Assembly (NCBI RefSeq): GCF_006345805.1
Contig: NC_043007.1
Span: 43,400,001 to 43,464,000, forward strand
Reading direction: 5' to 3'
DNA: 64,000 nt
From: Octopus sinensis
Taxonomy: Eukaryota
Of this stretch, positions 1 to 12,005 are shown one piece after another. The notes under the pieces were generated by a model. That model made no database searches, was not told where the DNA came from, and was given only the letters and a program-made list of their open reading frames with translations. Position numbers and translations under genes: made by a program. Every line of letters begins with the position of its first letter. Position 1 is the first letter of the stretch.

Positions 1-629
1 TACATTAATGTGTCAAATTTTAAAATTTTCACACCATCATCATCATTTTAATGTTCATTTTTCCATGTTGACATAGGGCAGACAGAATTTTGTTGAGGTA
101 CATTTTCTACATTCAAATTGCCATTCTTGTTGCCAACCTTTCACCTGTTTCCAAGACATGTTTTTAATGGAAGATTAGGCACAAAGGATGTTCTCTTGCA
201 TGACAGAGAAAATAATACATACTCATGTGCACACAAGTGCATTATATACAACAGGCTATTTTTAGTTTCCAACAACCAAATCTACTCATAAGGCTTTGAC
301 TTGGATTGAACCTGGAACCATGCAGTTAGGAAGCAAGCTTTTTATCACATAGCCACTCACACCCACACATTCATGTTTGTGTGTGTAGGTGTATTTATCA
401 TCAAGTCCACTATTATTGTCTGTCCTGCACCTTGACACTCCCACATCATTTTCCTGTTCCATTGGTATGGGACCTACCCACTTCCTGTTCTCCTACCACT
501 ATTCTCACTATTCAACCATTCTTGTCCTTAAGAGACCATATTACATTGGATTTATTGTACCCAGTACAATTCACCTTCACCCTCATCATCCTATCCTGTA
601 CTATCAGTCATCTCCCCCATTCGCTTTAC

Positions 630-820
630 CTGCTATTATACTCTTGCTTCTTTTTACCAGCTCACACACTGACTCTCATTCTATCTTCTTCTTCTCCTCC
701 TCCTCCTCTATCTGCCATTATACTCTTGTTTTTCACCAACTCACACACTGACTCTTCTTCTTCTTCTCCTCTATCTGCCATTATACTGTTGCTTCTTTTC
801 ATCACCTCTACACCCTGACT
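630..820 (+). repeat. Pyrimidine-rich ~65-80-bp tandem repeat, 3 units
   Basis: ctgccattatactcttg...tcacacactgactc repeated. Confidence 0.75.
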
Positions 821-1355
821 CACCTTCTGTCCTCCCTCTGTCTCTTGGGTCACATTGCTTCTGTTATCATCCTATCTTCTTGCTCACATTACTTTGTACT
901 TGTTTCAGAATACTGAGTACCCTCAATACTTGTCCCTCTAATTACTTACCACTATCATTCATGTTTCTGTCTTATTGTTTGTGCCTTCCACTGGACCCGG
1001 CTACTTCTGTAGTAATGGTGTCACAAAAAAATCCACTCAGTACACTCTGTAAAGTCAAGGGGACCCTTTAGTTTTGTTGAGGATATGATATCTTCCCAGT
1101 GGTGAACCCAGTACACTCTGTAAAGTGGCTGGCTTCAAGAAGAACAAACAGTTGTTGAAACCATGCCAAAAATAAAACACATGAGTGAGATGTGGTCCTC
1201 TGATCTGTCTAAATGAGCAGTACCTGAGATTGTGAGCTGACTCTGAATATGGCGACTCACCTAACCCATGCCAGAATGGAAAGTGAATGTAAATCAAAGA
1301 TGATGATGACGATGACAACAATGACAATGAAGATGATATATTTATTTATTTGTAG

Positions 1356-1410
1356 TATGAAACTGATAGAATAATGCAAGCTTATTCTGATGAATTCAAT
1401 GAAGAAATGG
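1356..1410 (+). CDS. EFCAB11: EF-hand calcium-binding domain protein 11, internal coding exon (YETDRIMQAYSDEFNEEM-G)
   Basis: ttgtag acceptor at 1354-1355 and gtaagt donor at 1411. Phase 0 to 1, joining the 3318 exon in frame. Peptide aligns with human EFCAB11 IEVDSVM...TSG as recalled. Earlier exons lie outside the window. Confidence 0.8.
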
Positions 1411-1479
1411 GTAAGTTTAATAATATTTATCTGGAAAACAAAGTAGTTTTAGAACGTTTTCATGTTTTCTAGAATGAAT

Positions 1480-1708
1480 TTAACCCTTTCATTACTGTAT
1501 TTATCTTGAGATGCTCTGTGTTTCTCTCAATTACTTTAAATATAACAAATAATTTAGTAAAATAACTCAGTTATCATTAAGCTAGTGTAAGGAACATTAA
1601 TTATGACTAAGCTTTAGTGGAAGATTTTAATTCGAAACTTATGAAAAGAAGACATTTGTACTACAGAGCCAGAGCTGGTTTCAGCCAGGTTGGTAACGAA
1701 AGGGCTAA
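1480..1708 (+). mobile_element. piggyBac-type MITE family 1 (TTAA-CCCTTT...AAAGGG-TTAA)
   Basis: ~16-bp TIRs and TTAA flanks (right flank CTAA). Other copies at 30355-30573 (-) and 61259-61460 (+). Confidence 0.75.
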
Positions 1709-2052
1709 ATTCAATTTCAGTTTACCATCATAATAATTTTGGTTATTTCTTTTAAAAGTCAGTTAATTTGCTTGATAATATTGGTTTCAAATTTTGGCAC
1801 AAGGCCATCAATTTTGAGGGTGGTGGTGGTGATAAGTCGATTACATTGACCCCAATGTTCAACTGGTACATATTTTATTGACCCCAAAATGATAAAAGGC
1901 AAAGTTCACCTCGGTGGAATTTGAACTCAGGGCATGCAGATGGATGAAATGCTGCTAAGCATTTTGCCTGATGTGCTAATGATTCTACCAACTCACCGCC
2001 TTAACTGGCTTGACAGCAGTCATTTAACTGGCTTGATAGCAGTCATTTTACA

Positions 2053-3108
2053 TGATCAGTTGAATATTCCCTTGAGGAATTTCTTGCCAAGTTTCATGCA
2101 GTAATCTCAAAAGATCTGGCTTCGAAGATGCTTTCTTGTTTTTGTCCTGTTCATTATGTCCCAGAGGTGTTCAATAGGGTTCATATCTGGTTACTGGCTT
2201 GGCCAAGGAAGCTTTTTAGTGCCATTCTCATCCAACAAATCTTGGGTCATTTCAGCCGTGTGACAAGGAGCCCCATCTTCTATAAATAAAAAGTCTTCTT
2301 TAAGCATTTCACCCCTGGAGAAGATGGGAAGGAGTCCTTTCTGCAATATGGACATATATTTATTTGTGTTTATGTTTCCCTCACACTCCACCAGCCCTGA
2401 CTGACCATTGCTCCAAATTTCTCCACAGACCTTCACAGAATAGCAGCCATGTTGGCTGCAATCTTTTCACATCAAATTCTTGATCACAGAGTCTCCAGAT
2501 CCACACTTGACCATTGTCAGAAAATACAGCAAATCTGGACTCATCGGAGAATATGACAGTGTCCCAAAATGCTAGTAGCCTCTTCACCATCTCACTGGCC
2601 CAATCTTTTCTCCATTTGATATTGGCTGGTCAAAGAAGTGGCTTCCTTCTTGCTGCTCTGCCATAGTAGCCATGTTTGTAGAGACACCTGACAGCTGTCC
2701 TGGGACTGACATCAATGTGTTCTGCTATGTCAGAGGCCTTGCAATGAGGATTATCCTCTACACTTCTCTCAACAAAGAGAAGGGTCCTGTCAGAGAGCCC
2801 TGGGCAAGATAATGTAGACTCCTTTCCCTCTCTGGTGAATTGCACAATCACTCTATTAATTGTAGAAAGTGGGATCCCAAGGTTCGCTGCGATTTTATGC
2901 TATGTCTACCTTCAGTTTGACCCACAATATGGCCCCTTTGGAATTCAGACAGTTCCAAGGCTTCTTTTGTACATGACATGGTTTAACAGTCACATATAGA
3001 ACTTGAAACATAAAAATGTCCATTAATAAAAAATATAAACTTTTACAATTTAGAATAAACATAAAATGATGTTTTATGGGGTGTCTATTTACTTCTGTCA
3101 TGTCTGCG
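2053..3108 (-). mobile_element. Degenerate Tc1-family (DD34E) DNA transposon, right end truncated
   Basis: Broken ORFs with VIFSDESRF, FIEDGAPCH and WPSQ*PDMNPIEHLW (34 residues between D and E). Left TIR CGCAGACATGACAGAAGTAAATAGACACCCC next to TA at 3109-3110. Confidence 0.9.
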
Positions 3109-3317
3109 TAGATAGGACGGGATGGATATTGTTTTACTGTCCACTTTTCTATTCTTGCTGGCGTCAGGTAGAATTTGTTAATGACACATTTTTTTATGAC
3201 GTTTCTGAAGATAGCAACAAAGGTGATGGTGATGACAAATGTTTGTAATGATGACGATTGGAGTGGTGATGATGATGATGGTAATGATGATGCATTTACA
3301 TGTATTTCATTCTACAG

Positions 3318-3419
3318 GTTTAACCTTAGAAAGCTTCATAAAAGCCATGACACCAAAGATGGCTGCAAGAGATGAAAATGAAGAGATTCGGCTTACATTT
3401 ATGGCTTTTGATTTTAGTT
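3318..3419 (+). CDS. EFCAB11: EFCAB11 internal coding exon (LTLESFIKAMTPKMAARDENEEIRLTFMAFDFS-C)
   Basis: ctacag acceptor and gtaagt donor at 3420; phase 1 to 1. Matches the EFCAB11 segment ...NEVRHIFTAFD as recalled. Confidence 0.9.
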
Positions 3420-3904
3420 GTAAGTAATTCTAATATATTTATTACATCTATTGACCCATTACTCTAAAATTTGGCTGGTTCATACAAACTTTAAAATTTT
3501 TTCCCTACTTTGATATCCCCACTGCTATGATATTCTGTTGTCTAAGGTCGCAAGCTGGCAGAAACGTTAGCACGCCTGGCGAAATGCGTAGCCGTATTTC
3601 GTCTGCCGCTACGTTCTGAGTTCAAATTCTGCTGAGGTTGACTTTGCCTTTCATCCTTTCGGGGTCGATAAATTAAGTACCAGTTACGCACTGGGGTCGA
3701 TATAATCGACTTAATCCGTTTTTCTGTTCTTGTTAATCCTCTCTGTGTTTAGCCCCTTGTGGGTAGTAAAGAAATAGATATTCTGTTGTCTAGAGTCCTC
3801 CATTACTACTAATGTTCTCTCCTCCCGCCCATAATCTGATCTCATCTATTATTTTAATATTTCACTTAAAAATGTTACTCAATTGAAGGGGTTCTTTAGT
3901 CTTG

Positions 3905-4125
3905 TAAGTTGTATGGCAACCTCATTAGTGCTGATGGCTTGAAAAAGCACCCAGTACACTTTGTCAAGTGGTTAGCATTGGGAAAGGTATTCAGCCATAG
4001 AAACTATGTTGAAACTGAGACAATAAAGCAAGACGTGGTCCTCTGACTCATTGGATCCTACTGAACCTTCCAACCTATACCAGCTTGGAAAGTGGACATG
4101 AAATGATGATGATGATGATGATGGT
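3905..4125 (+). mobile_element. Representative of an abundant (GAT)n-tailed LINE-3'-end/SINE family
   Basis: agcacccagtacact...gtggttagcatt...aaatgatgatgat. More than 15 copies, e.g. 1-170, 990-1330, 13330-13530, 14480-14620, 17140-17430, 19270-19480, 56200-56410, 59880-60065. Confidence 0.7.
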
Positions 4126-5635
4126 GGCTGTTGTTACCAATTATGTTACATTGTTAGACATTCGTCACCAAGTGCTTATCACTTTCTTTTGCTCTTTTTA
4201 TGTTATTTAATCAGAAGAGGAAAGAAAATGCTTCTTACCTTTTCTAAGGCCTTCAAGACTGGAGGAAGTGAAATGAAGTCTTTATCCTGATTGGTGACCT
4301 GATTCAAATGCTTGCAACAGAGTAGACTCTCCAAAAGGGTAACCTTCCAAGGGCCAAGTAACAGATTAATCCTACCATCACACAGAGGAACTGTCTTACA
4401 TACAAACTTCCTCAAAGTTTCCAGTCACTAAATTTCAGTCACATGACTTTGCTTGAGCTGATGCCACGATAGGAGACGATGAATGTGCCATGCAGTGGAA
4501 TTGAACCTAAATTTATATAGTTATGAAACACATTTAACCACACTGCCAGACTTGCTCTACTTGCAAAGATAATTCATAAGTAGAACAGTAGATACTGCTT
4601 TAGGTCACATAAATCTACTTTTGAGCTAACCATTTAGCAATTTTTCTTTTTTTTTATTGTTTTATATCACATTTTTAAAACCCTTTTTATATGAAACTAC
4701 TTGAGACTGCCTCTAGTTCTATAATATAAACTTCCTATTTTAAAGTGATCTAAAACAATATCCTACATTAAAATTTTGTGTTAATTTATGTTCCAAATAC
4801 CAGCTTAATAATAACAAGTTATTTTACACAAATTTCTTTATTATTTTCAAAATTAACAGGAACATACAGGATGGTTTGTTTAATGGCTAGATATCTTCTG
4901 CTCACCAATTACTCAACTGTAAGCAGAAACCATGAACATCTATATTATATTACTCCATATTTATTCATCTACAAAGGCAGAGATATGGCTGATGGTTAAG
5001 AAGACAGCTTTGCAATCACATGGTTTCAGGTTTAGTTCCATTGTGTAGCACTTTGGACGAATGCCTTCTACTATAGTCCCAGACTCACACCAATGCTTTG
5101 TGAGTGAATTTGATGAGTTTGCAAACTGTAGTAAACCCCTGTGTATATATGTACGTATGTGTGTGTGAGTGAATGTAGATATTTCACTGCTTGGCTTGAG
5201 CAAGTTAGTGAATTAATGTTTGTATTTCTTGTTGGCATTATGATCAGTTCCTCTGCGCTTACTTGACAAACAGGAAAAGCAATCTGGTCATAAAACCCCA
5301 CCTCATGAAATTACTGTGTAACCCATAGTAGCTTAAATAAAACAAAACTAGCATAAAGAGCAAATTGCTTAACATTTAGAGACCATTGATATTCACCAAT
5401 GGATGATGAAGCCCTGTTGATTTAAGACCAAAGGCAGTTTGGATTGTTACGATCGTGTCTTCTTCAAAGACCCCAGGAGGATAAGCAAAGTGAGATTGCT
5501 ATATCTTGGAATAGAAACCATTCATGGGCTAGTTTACCATGAGATTATCTCCTATTCTGTATCACTTTCCTCGGCAATTATCTTTGGAGATTTTTTTTCA
5601 AAATTTCCAATTTAACGTGTTTTCTTTCTTTTTAG

Positions 5636-5726
5636 GCCATGGTTTCCTCACTATTGCTGATTTAAAGAAAGTTTTCAAGGAAGTGGCTCCAAAATTTCCT
5701 GAAGAAAATATTGAAGTTATTTTTAG
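5636..5726 (+). CDS. EFCAB11: EFCAB11 internal coding exon (HGFLTIADLKKVFKEVAPKFPEENIEVIF-R)
   Basis: Pyrimidine tract plus ag acceptor, gtgaat donor; phase 1 to 2. Close to human [30 protein letters not shown] as recalled. Confidence 0.92.
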
Positions 5727-6468
5727 GTGAATGAATATTTTCAACTTTCAGGCAAGCAACTCTTGTCTTTTAGATTGTTTATTTCTATTTACAGCTAGAA
5801 GTGATAGATGTAGTGCAATATTGGAGTTAATTGCAAGTTAATATGTTAACCTCATAGAAAATAAATGTAAATATTAACCTGATAGATTCTGGCAGTTTAT
5901 AAATGACTTAAAACTTGAGTACAAAATGACATCTATAATTCTGTCAAGAGAAAAGATGATGGTAGTGGTGATGGTGATGATTGTGGTGATGGTGGTGATG
6001 ATGATGATGATGATATCTTATTTGCCACAGAGTTTTTGTTACTAAAATGGGTTACCTAAAGTGTGTGTTGTGTTGGTGGTGGTGGCACTGGGTTTATACA
6101 ATAATTGAATGATAAAAAGAAAAGACTGAATGATGTTAAAAATATACATAGCATACAAATAAGTGATGAAATAAAATGTCCTCTTGATACAGGAGAATCT
6201 CTAACAAAGACCTGTCAAAGAAGCCCAGATTCAGGATCATTCTGACCATCAAAAGCAAGTGCTGTCATTCTCTGATCTACAGATGAATGCTTAGAGTAGA
6301 TCCATCTGCTCTTGTCATTTTTGTAACTGTCATCCACCTTGTAATAAATTTACTGGAGGAGAGCTGCACTTTCCTCTCCACTCTTATCTGCTTTTCCAAA
6401 TGGAACTTGAAAGACTCAATGAGGGTTTGACCGAAAAGTGTCTGTTTTTTGGAATTTCAGTCTTGTCC

Positions 6469-6469
<1 letters not shown>

Positions 6470-6500
<31 letters not shown>

Positions 6501-7870
6501 CCTTTCTAGTAAAGGCACAAGGCCTGAAATTTGCGGGGAGGGGGCTTGTTGAATTCATTGACCTCAGTGTTTTACTGGTAGTTAATTTATTGACCCCGAA
6601 AGGATGAAAGGCAAAGTTCACCTTGGTGGAATTTGAACTCAGAATGTAAAGATGGATGAAATACTGCGAAGTATTTTGCCTAGCATGCAAACAATTCTGC
6701 CAGCTTGCCATCTTAATAATAGTTTCAAATTTTGCCACAAGGACAGTCATTTTGGGAGAGAGGATGAGTTGATTACATCAACCCCAGTGTTATTCTGGTA
6801 CTTAATTTATCAACCCTGAAAGGATTTAAAGGCAAAGTTGACCTCAGCGGAATTTGAACTCAGAATGTAAAGATGGATGAAATACCACTAAGCATTTCAC
6901 CCAGCTTGCCATTTTAATAATAATAATGGTTTCAAATTATGGCACAAGGCCAGCAATTTCAGGGGATGGGGTAAGTCTACATCTGATACTATATCAACCC
7001 TGAAAGGATGAGAGGTAAAACTGACCTCGGCAGAATTTTAACTCAGAACATAAAAGACTGATGAAATGCCACTAAGCATTTTGTCCAGTGTGCTAATGAT
7101 TCTGTCGGCTCACCACCTTAATAATAATGATTGTTTCTGATTTAGGCATAAGGTCAACAGTTCTGAGGAGAGGAGAGCTAGTTATAAAGAGCCAAAACAA
7201 GTGCCACAAAACATTTCTTCTAATGCTCTGAAGATTCTACCAGTTCACAGTCCTTAATAATCATTTCTGATTTAGGCACAAGGCCAGCACTTTTGGCAGG
7301 GTGAGATTAGTTGATATCATTGATCCTCAGTATTAGGCTGAAAAGATAAAGCTACTTTGGTGGAATTTGAACTCATAATGTAAATGATAAATGCCATGTG
7401 ACATTTTTTCTGAAGGTTTAATGACTGCAAATTCACAGCCCTCAATAATGATAATAATAATTGTTTTAAATTTGGGTGAAAGACTAGCTATTTTAGGGTA
7501 AGGGGTTTAGTTGATTAAAACAACTGCTACTTTATTTTATTGACCCTGAAAAGGTGAAAGGCAAAGTTGACCACAGCAGAATTTGAACTCAGAATGTAAA
7601 GTGTTGGAAGAAATGCTGCAAAACATTTGTCCATTGCACTAATGATTCTGCCCACTAGCTGCCTCAGTAATAATTCTTTCTAATGTTGGCATAAGGCCTA
7701 AACTTTTTGGAGAGGAGGATTGCCAATGAAAGGCGAAGTCAACCATGGCAGAATTTGAACTCAGAATGTAAAGCTGAAAGAAATGCTGTGAAGCATTTTG
7801 TCCTGAGTGCTGACAATCCTGCCAGCTTGCTAGCATCTTAATAATAATAATAATAATAACAACAACAACA
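6470..7870 (-). repeat. Head-to-tail array of ~7 tRNA-derived SINE copies separated by (TAA)n
   Basis: Repeated gaccccgaaaggatgaaaggcaaagttgacct...ggaatttgaactcagaa core roughly every 200 bp. Dispersed copies at ~1770-2000, 3545-3780, 8930-9150, 28510-28720, 33680-33880 and 36160-36340. Confidence 0.9.
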
Positions 7871-8910
7871 ACAAGAACATTCAGAGAGCGCAAACCTCCA
7901 CTAAGGCATCACCAACGTCCATTCAACGATTAGTCAGAGATGATTTTTAAAATGAGAATATCTGAAATAAACTCGACTTCTCACAAATGAAAATACTAAA
8001 AATGAATCCAACTGCTCTCAAAAATTAAGTAAAAAAAAAAACGGAAAAATAATCCAGATTCCTTGTCCAGTACCTGATCAATCCCAATGGTAGTCATGGA
8101 ATGTGAAGGTGGGTGTGCGGGCCATGTTTGTAATGCTGTGTATGTGTTGTCTGTAGTGGGAACAGGTACAGCCATCTTTATGAAGGCCTATTTTAGTCTA
8201 TCCAGTGATATAGTGTCTTTACAACCATTAAGGTCTATAGTGAAAAATTTATCAGTGCGTGAAAGAAAATGGAAAGGACTTGCATAAGGTGCTGTTAACG
8301 GAGGTTTAACAACATCGTTGCGCACAGTAATGTGAGCCCAAGAAGTAAAGCTTCTTTCAAGGCAGAACTAGAAATGTCAAGTAGGTAACAAGTTTTAAAC
8401 AGGAGTGATATATTCAAAATTGGTAAAACTAAAAATTGCCGAGGATAAATTAAATTTATTATTGTTACTGAATATGTTAGTGTTATTTAATTTCTGAATG
8501 GTTTTGCTACCTTTTGTTTATGTAGTTTGATTTCTTAATCCATCAGTTTCCACTAAGATAGAGACGTGAGTAAAATTATAATAGAGAAATGAAAACAAAA
8601 CTTTGGAAACAGCAACACCACCATAGATTACAGGGAAACCACGAGTGTGGTTTCAAGGGAGATAATCAGAGAATGACTTGAAAGTGAACCTAAGGTCGTA
8701 ATACTTCATGTAAAGTAAATATAACAAATAATCCAGAATCCTTGTCTGGTGTTAGATTGATCCCAAAATCTAATCAGTTCATGCTAGTCACAAGGTCAAA
8801 CATCCCTGAGAGTTTCATCTGAATCCATCCAGCCATTGTTGAGATATCTTGTCCATGGACAAACAAACATGACTGAAAACAATACCTTCACCCTCGCTAA
8901 GGTGGAGGTA
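7871..8910 (+). mobile_element. Helentron-associated (HINE/DINE-like) non-autonomous element interrupted by an internal insertion
   Basis: 5' acctccactaagg subterminal motif and 3' cctcgctaaggtggaggt. The segment aataatccagattccttgtc is repeated either side of the 8075-8715 insert. Confidence 0.5.
8075..8345 (-). mobile_element. Ty3/Gypsy pol fragment (integrase C-terminal GPY/F region)
   Basis: Minus strand reads WAHITVRNDVVKPPLTAPYASPFHFLSRTDKFFTIDLNGCKDTISLDRLK*AF. Confidence 0.7.
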
Positions 8911-9322
8911 ACAACAACAAAAATTATAATAATTTTAATGGTTTCAAATTTTGCCTCAAGGGCAGCCATTTTGAGGAAGGGGATGTGTTGATTACATTGA
9001 CCCCTGTGTTCAACTAGTACTTAATTTATTGATCCCAAAAGGATGAAAGGCAAAGTTGACCTTGGTGGAATTTGAACTCAGAACGTAGCAGCAGAAGAAA
9101 TACTGTTAAGCATTTCACCCAGTGTGCTAACGATTCTGCCAGGTCGCCTTATTATTAATATTAGTATTATAATGGTTACAAATTTTTTAGGAGAGGGGTT
9201 TTATTTCATTACATTAACCCTAGTACATGACTGGTACTGACCCCCAAAACATCAAATTATATTTTCTATAGATAATATTTTGATTTTCATTAGTCATTTG
9301 TTTTTATTGGTTTAAATGTCAG

Positions 9323-9407
9323 GGAAGTGGACCAGGATGGAGATGGAAGAGTTAGTTTCAAAGACTTTGAATTCATGATGAAATATGATTCAGATAATCT
9401 GGATTAG
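9323..9407 (+). CDS. EFCAB11: EFCAB11 last coding exon (EVDQDGDGRVSFKDFEFMMKYDSDNLD*)
   Basis: Canonical EF-hand loop DQDGDGRVSFKDF. gtcag acceptor, phase 2. TAG at 9405-9407. The exon probably continues to a donor at 9432. Confidence 0.92.
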
Positions 9408-9926
9408 ATCAGATATTTTGTTCAAGTGCAGGTAAGATATGTTTAATTAATCTGAAAAAAATATACTACTTAAAATTAAGGTTAATTCTTAAAATAAATC
9501 TATGTTCCATGAGATGAGGTGGTTCTGATATCTCAGATACATCAACTGTTTTTAGTAAACGAAGATCCTCATAATTTTCTTGTTTTGTTTACTGTACAGT
9601 TGTCATTTAGGTTTTAAATATAAATTCATATTCTTTCATTTTACTGAACACTCAGGAGGAAGTATAGTTATGTGGATATTGAGTTTGGTTTCAAGTTACA
9701 ACCCACTGCTTGGCACCTTAGACAAGTGTGGCTTCTATTTTAGCCATAGGTTGACCAATACCTTGTGAATGAAGTTGGTTGATAGTAACTGTGCAGAAGC
9801 CTGTTATATGTGTGTGTGTGTATGTTTGAATGTTTATATTCAGTATCTTCACATGACATTGTTTAAGCAAAAACAAAGGTACCATGTGTAAATATACATA
9901 CATATATATATATATATATTTTTTTT

Positions 9927-10306
9927 TCTTACTTGTTTCAGTCATTTGACTGCAGCCATGCTGGAGCACCGCCTTTAGTTGAGCAAATCGACCCCGGGAC
10001 TTATTCTTTGTAAGCCCAGTACTTATTCTATTGGTCTCTTTTTGCCGAACCGCTAAGTGACGGGGATGTAAACACACCAGCATTGGTTGTCAAACAATGT
10101 TAGGAGGACAAACACATACACACACACATATATACATATACACGACAGGCTTCTTTCAGTTTCCGTCTACCAAATCCACTCACAAGGCATTGGTCGGCCC
10201 GGGGCTATAGTAGAAGACACTTGCCCAAGATGCCACGCAGTGGGACTGAACCCGGAACCATGTGGTTGGTTAGCAAGCTACTTACCACACAGCCACTCCC
10301 GCGCCT
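9927..10306 (-). mobile_element. Young, near full-length CORE-type SINE (most abundant family in the window)
   Basis: tRNA-like head aggcgcgggagtggctgtgtggtaagtagc and CORE-like tgcgtggcatcttgggcaagtgtcttc. More than 15 further copies, e.g. 4975-5170, 15243-15410, 22422-22760, 38311-38655, 49935-50095, 55600-55770, 57985-58170. Confidence 0.85.
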
Positions 10307-10961
10307 ATATATATATATATATATATATTTTTCAAAAATTTAACAAAAATACAACAAACAGAAAATTAGTACATCAGTCAACGTTCAAAAGATCATTACA
10401 ATTTTGTACCTTTTATGTTGATATTGTTCACTTGTTAACAAACATACAGGACAATGATGAAAACAAACACAACAAAAAAAAAAGCGTGCAGCTGCAAGAC
10501 AGACATATGGGGTAACAGAAAGGAAAATGAAAATGTCCTGTTAGACTGGAGACAAGAGAAGGAAAGAAAGTCAGAACGAGTATATACACATTCATATATA
10601 TGATAAATACAGACAGAAAAAAATAATTTACTTCAAGAAATATTTATTTATTTTTTTTTACATATTTTCATATATTCACAGAATCTATTTGTTAATCTTT
10701 AATTCTTTATACATACATAAACTCACACTCATTATATACATAATGTATCAAGCAATGTTTACACAGTGCAGTTATATATGGTTTAGAGCAATGATATAAT
10801 AATGTAATAGAACAAAGAAATAGCCTTAAAATCTAAACCATCAATTGTCTGTTATATTATTACATTGTTATCCTACCATTTTGTTACCTTTTTTTTCTCA
10901 TCACATTAAAAGAAACCACACATGACTGCACTGGTTTCATATAAGTATATATGTGTGTATG

Positions 10962-11239
10962 AACTTTAGGTTAGTTAAAATAAGTTTGACATATTTCAAC
11001 TGCTAAAGGCAAATTTACTGCAGTTACTGTGGAAAAAAAATTCTCTCTTATGATAAACAGGTGTAAAAACATATCTGTCCAGTGCTGTCACCTGACGGAT
11101 TAGGTGGTAGCACTAGACAGATATGGTGTTTTTACACCTGTTTACCATAAGAGAGATTTTTTTCTCCACAGTAACTGCAGTCAATTTGCCTTTAGAAGTT
11201 GAAATATGGTCACAAACATATTTTAATTAATCTAAAGTT
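10962..11239. repeat. Near-perfect 278-bp fold-back inverted repeat with a 4-nt loop
   Basis: Arms of ~135 bp pair base by base around the loop 11096-11099 (CGGA). Confidence 0.92.
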
Positions 11240-11279
11240 TGCTTATGCCTAAACACTGCTTGGTGCTGATATTACTGTA

Positions 11280-11313
<34 letters not shown>

Positions 11314-11316
<3 letters not shown>

Positions 11317-11550
11317 TGGAGGCACAATGGCCCAGTGGTTAGAGCAGCAGACTCACGGTTTCGATTCCCAGACCGGGCGGGTGGCAACCCCTGTTGTACT
11401 CTTTTGCCCCAACTTTCTCTTACTCTTTCTTCCAGTTTCTTGATTAACGCTGCGATGGACTGGCATCCCGTCCAGCTGGGTGGAACACATACGGCATAGA
11501 AACTGGGAAACTGGGCCTATGAGCCTGGCTAGGCTTGAAAGGGGCACATA
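11314..11550 (+). mobile_element. tRNA-headed SINE, fourth family, just downstream of the ZNF410 stop codon
   Basis: A box tggcccagtgg, B box gtttcgattcc, and a V-SINE-like gctgcgatggactggcatcccgtccag core. Confidence 0.7.
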
Positions 11551-11557
11551 AATAATA

Positions 11558-11604
<47 letters not shown>

Positions 11605-11616
11605 ACTTTATAAAGG

Positions 11617-12005
11617 TTATGAATGATTTTCAATTTCTGTTGATGTACAGTCTTCTTCATCATCATTGGAAGCTAACATTGGATCAAGCACTGTGGATTT
11701 ATGGGACTGTGGACTTTCTGAATGTAAGACACTAGTAGCTGTTTGACTATGGAGTTGCTGTTGCTGAGGTGACATGTTAATCACTTGTTGGTTGATAGTT
11801 TCAGATAGATCTTTCTGATCAAGATCACTCTGAAGAAGTTCATTATTGTAAACCATATCGTCTGTCACTTGACTACTGCTGTGAGAATTATGGAAACCAC
11901 TTCCAAGAGAGACTATCTCCTGTGGCTGTGATACTACCATCACACTGGCATCATTAGATGAAGGAGACAGTGGAACATGTGTCAGACTGTTTTCAGTTAA
12001 TACTT
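11617..12005 (-). CDS. ZNF410: ZNF410-like last coding exon (EVLTENSLTHVPL...TSTEIENHS*), Q/S/D-rich
   Basis: ttttcttaccag acceptor, phase 1, stop at 11617. The eight exons total 1770 nt = 589 aa plus stop. Confidence 0.82.

Noticed and set aside
381-853. Overlapping 120-145 aa ORFs
   Set aside because: They derive from a pyrimidine-rich tandem repeat and give low-complexity translations.
6470-7870. CRISPR-like regular repeat array
   Set aside because: Eukaryotic context; the units are ~200-bp diverged SINEs with no unique spacers.
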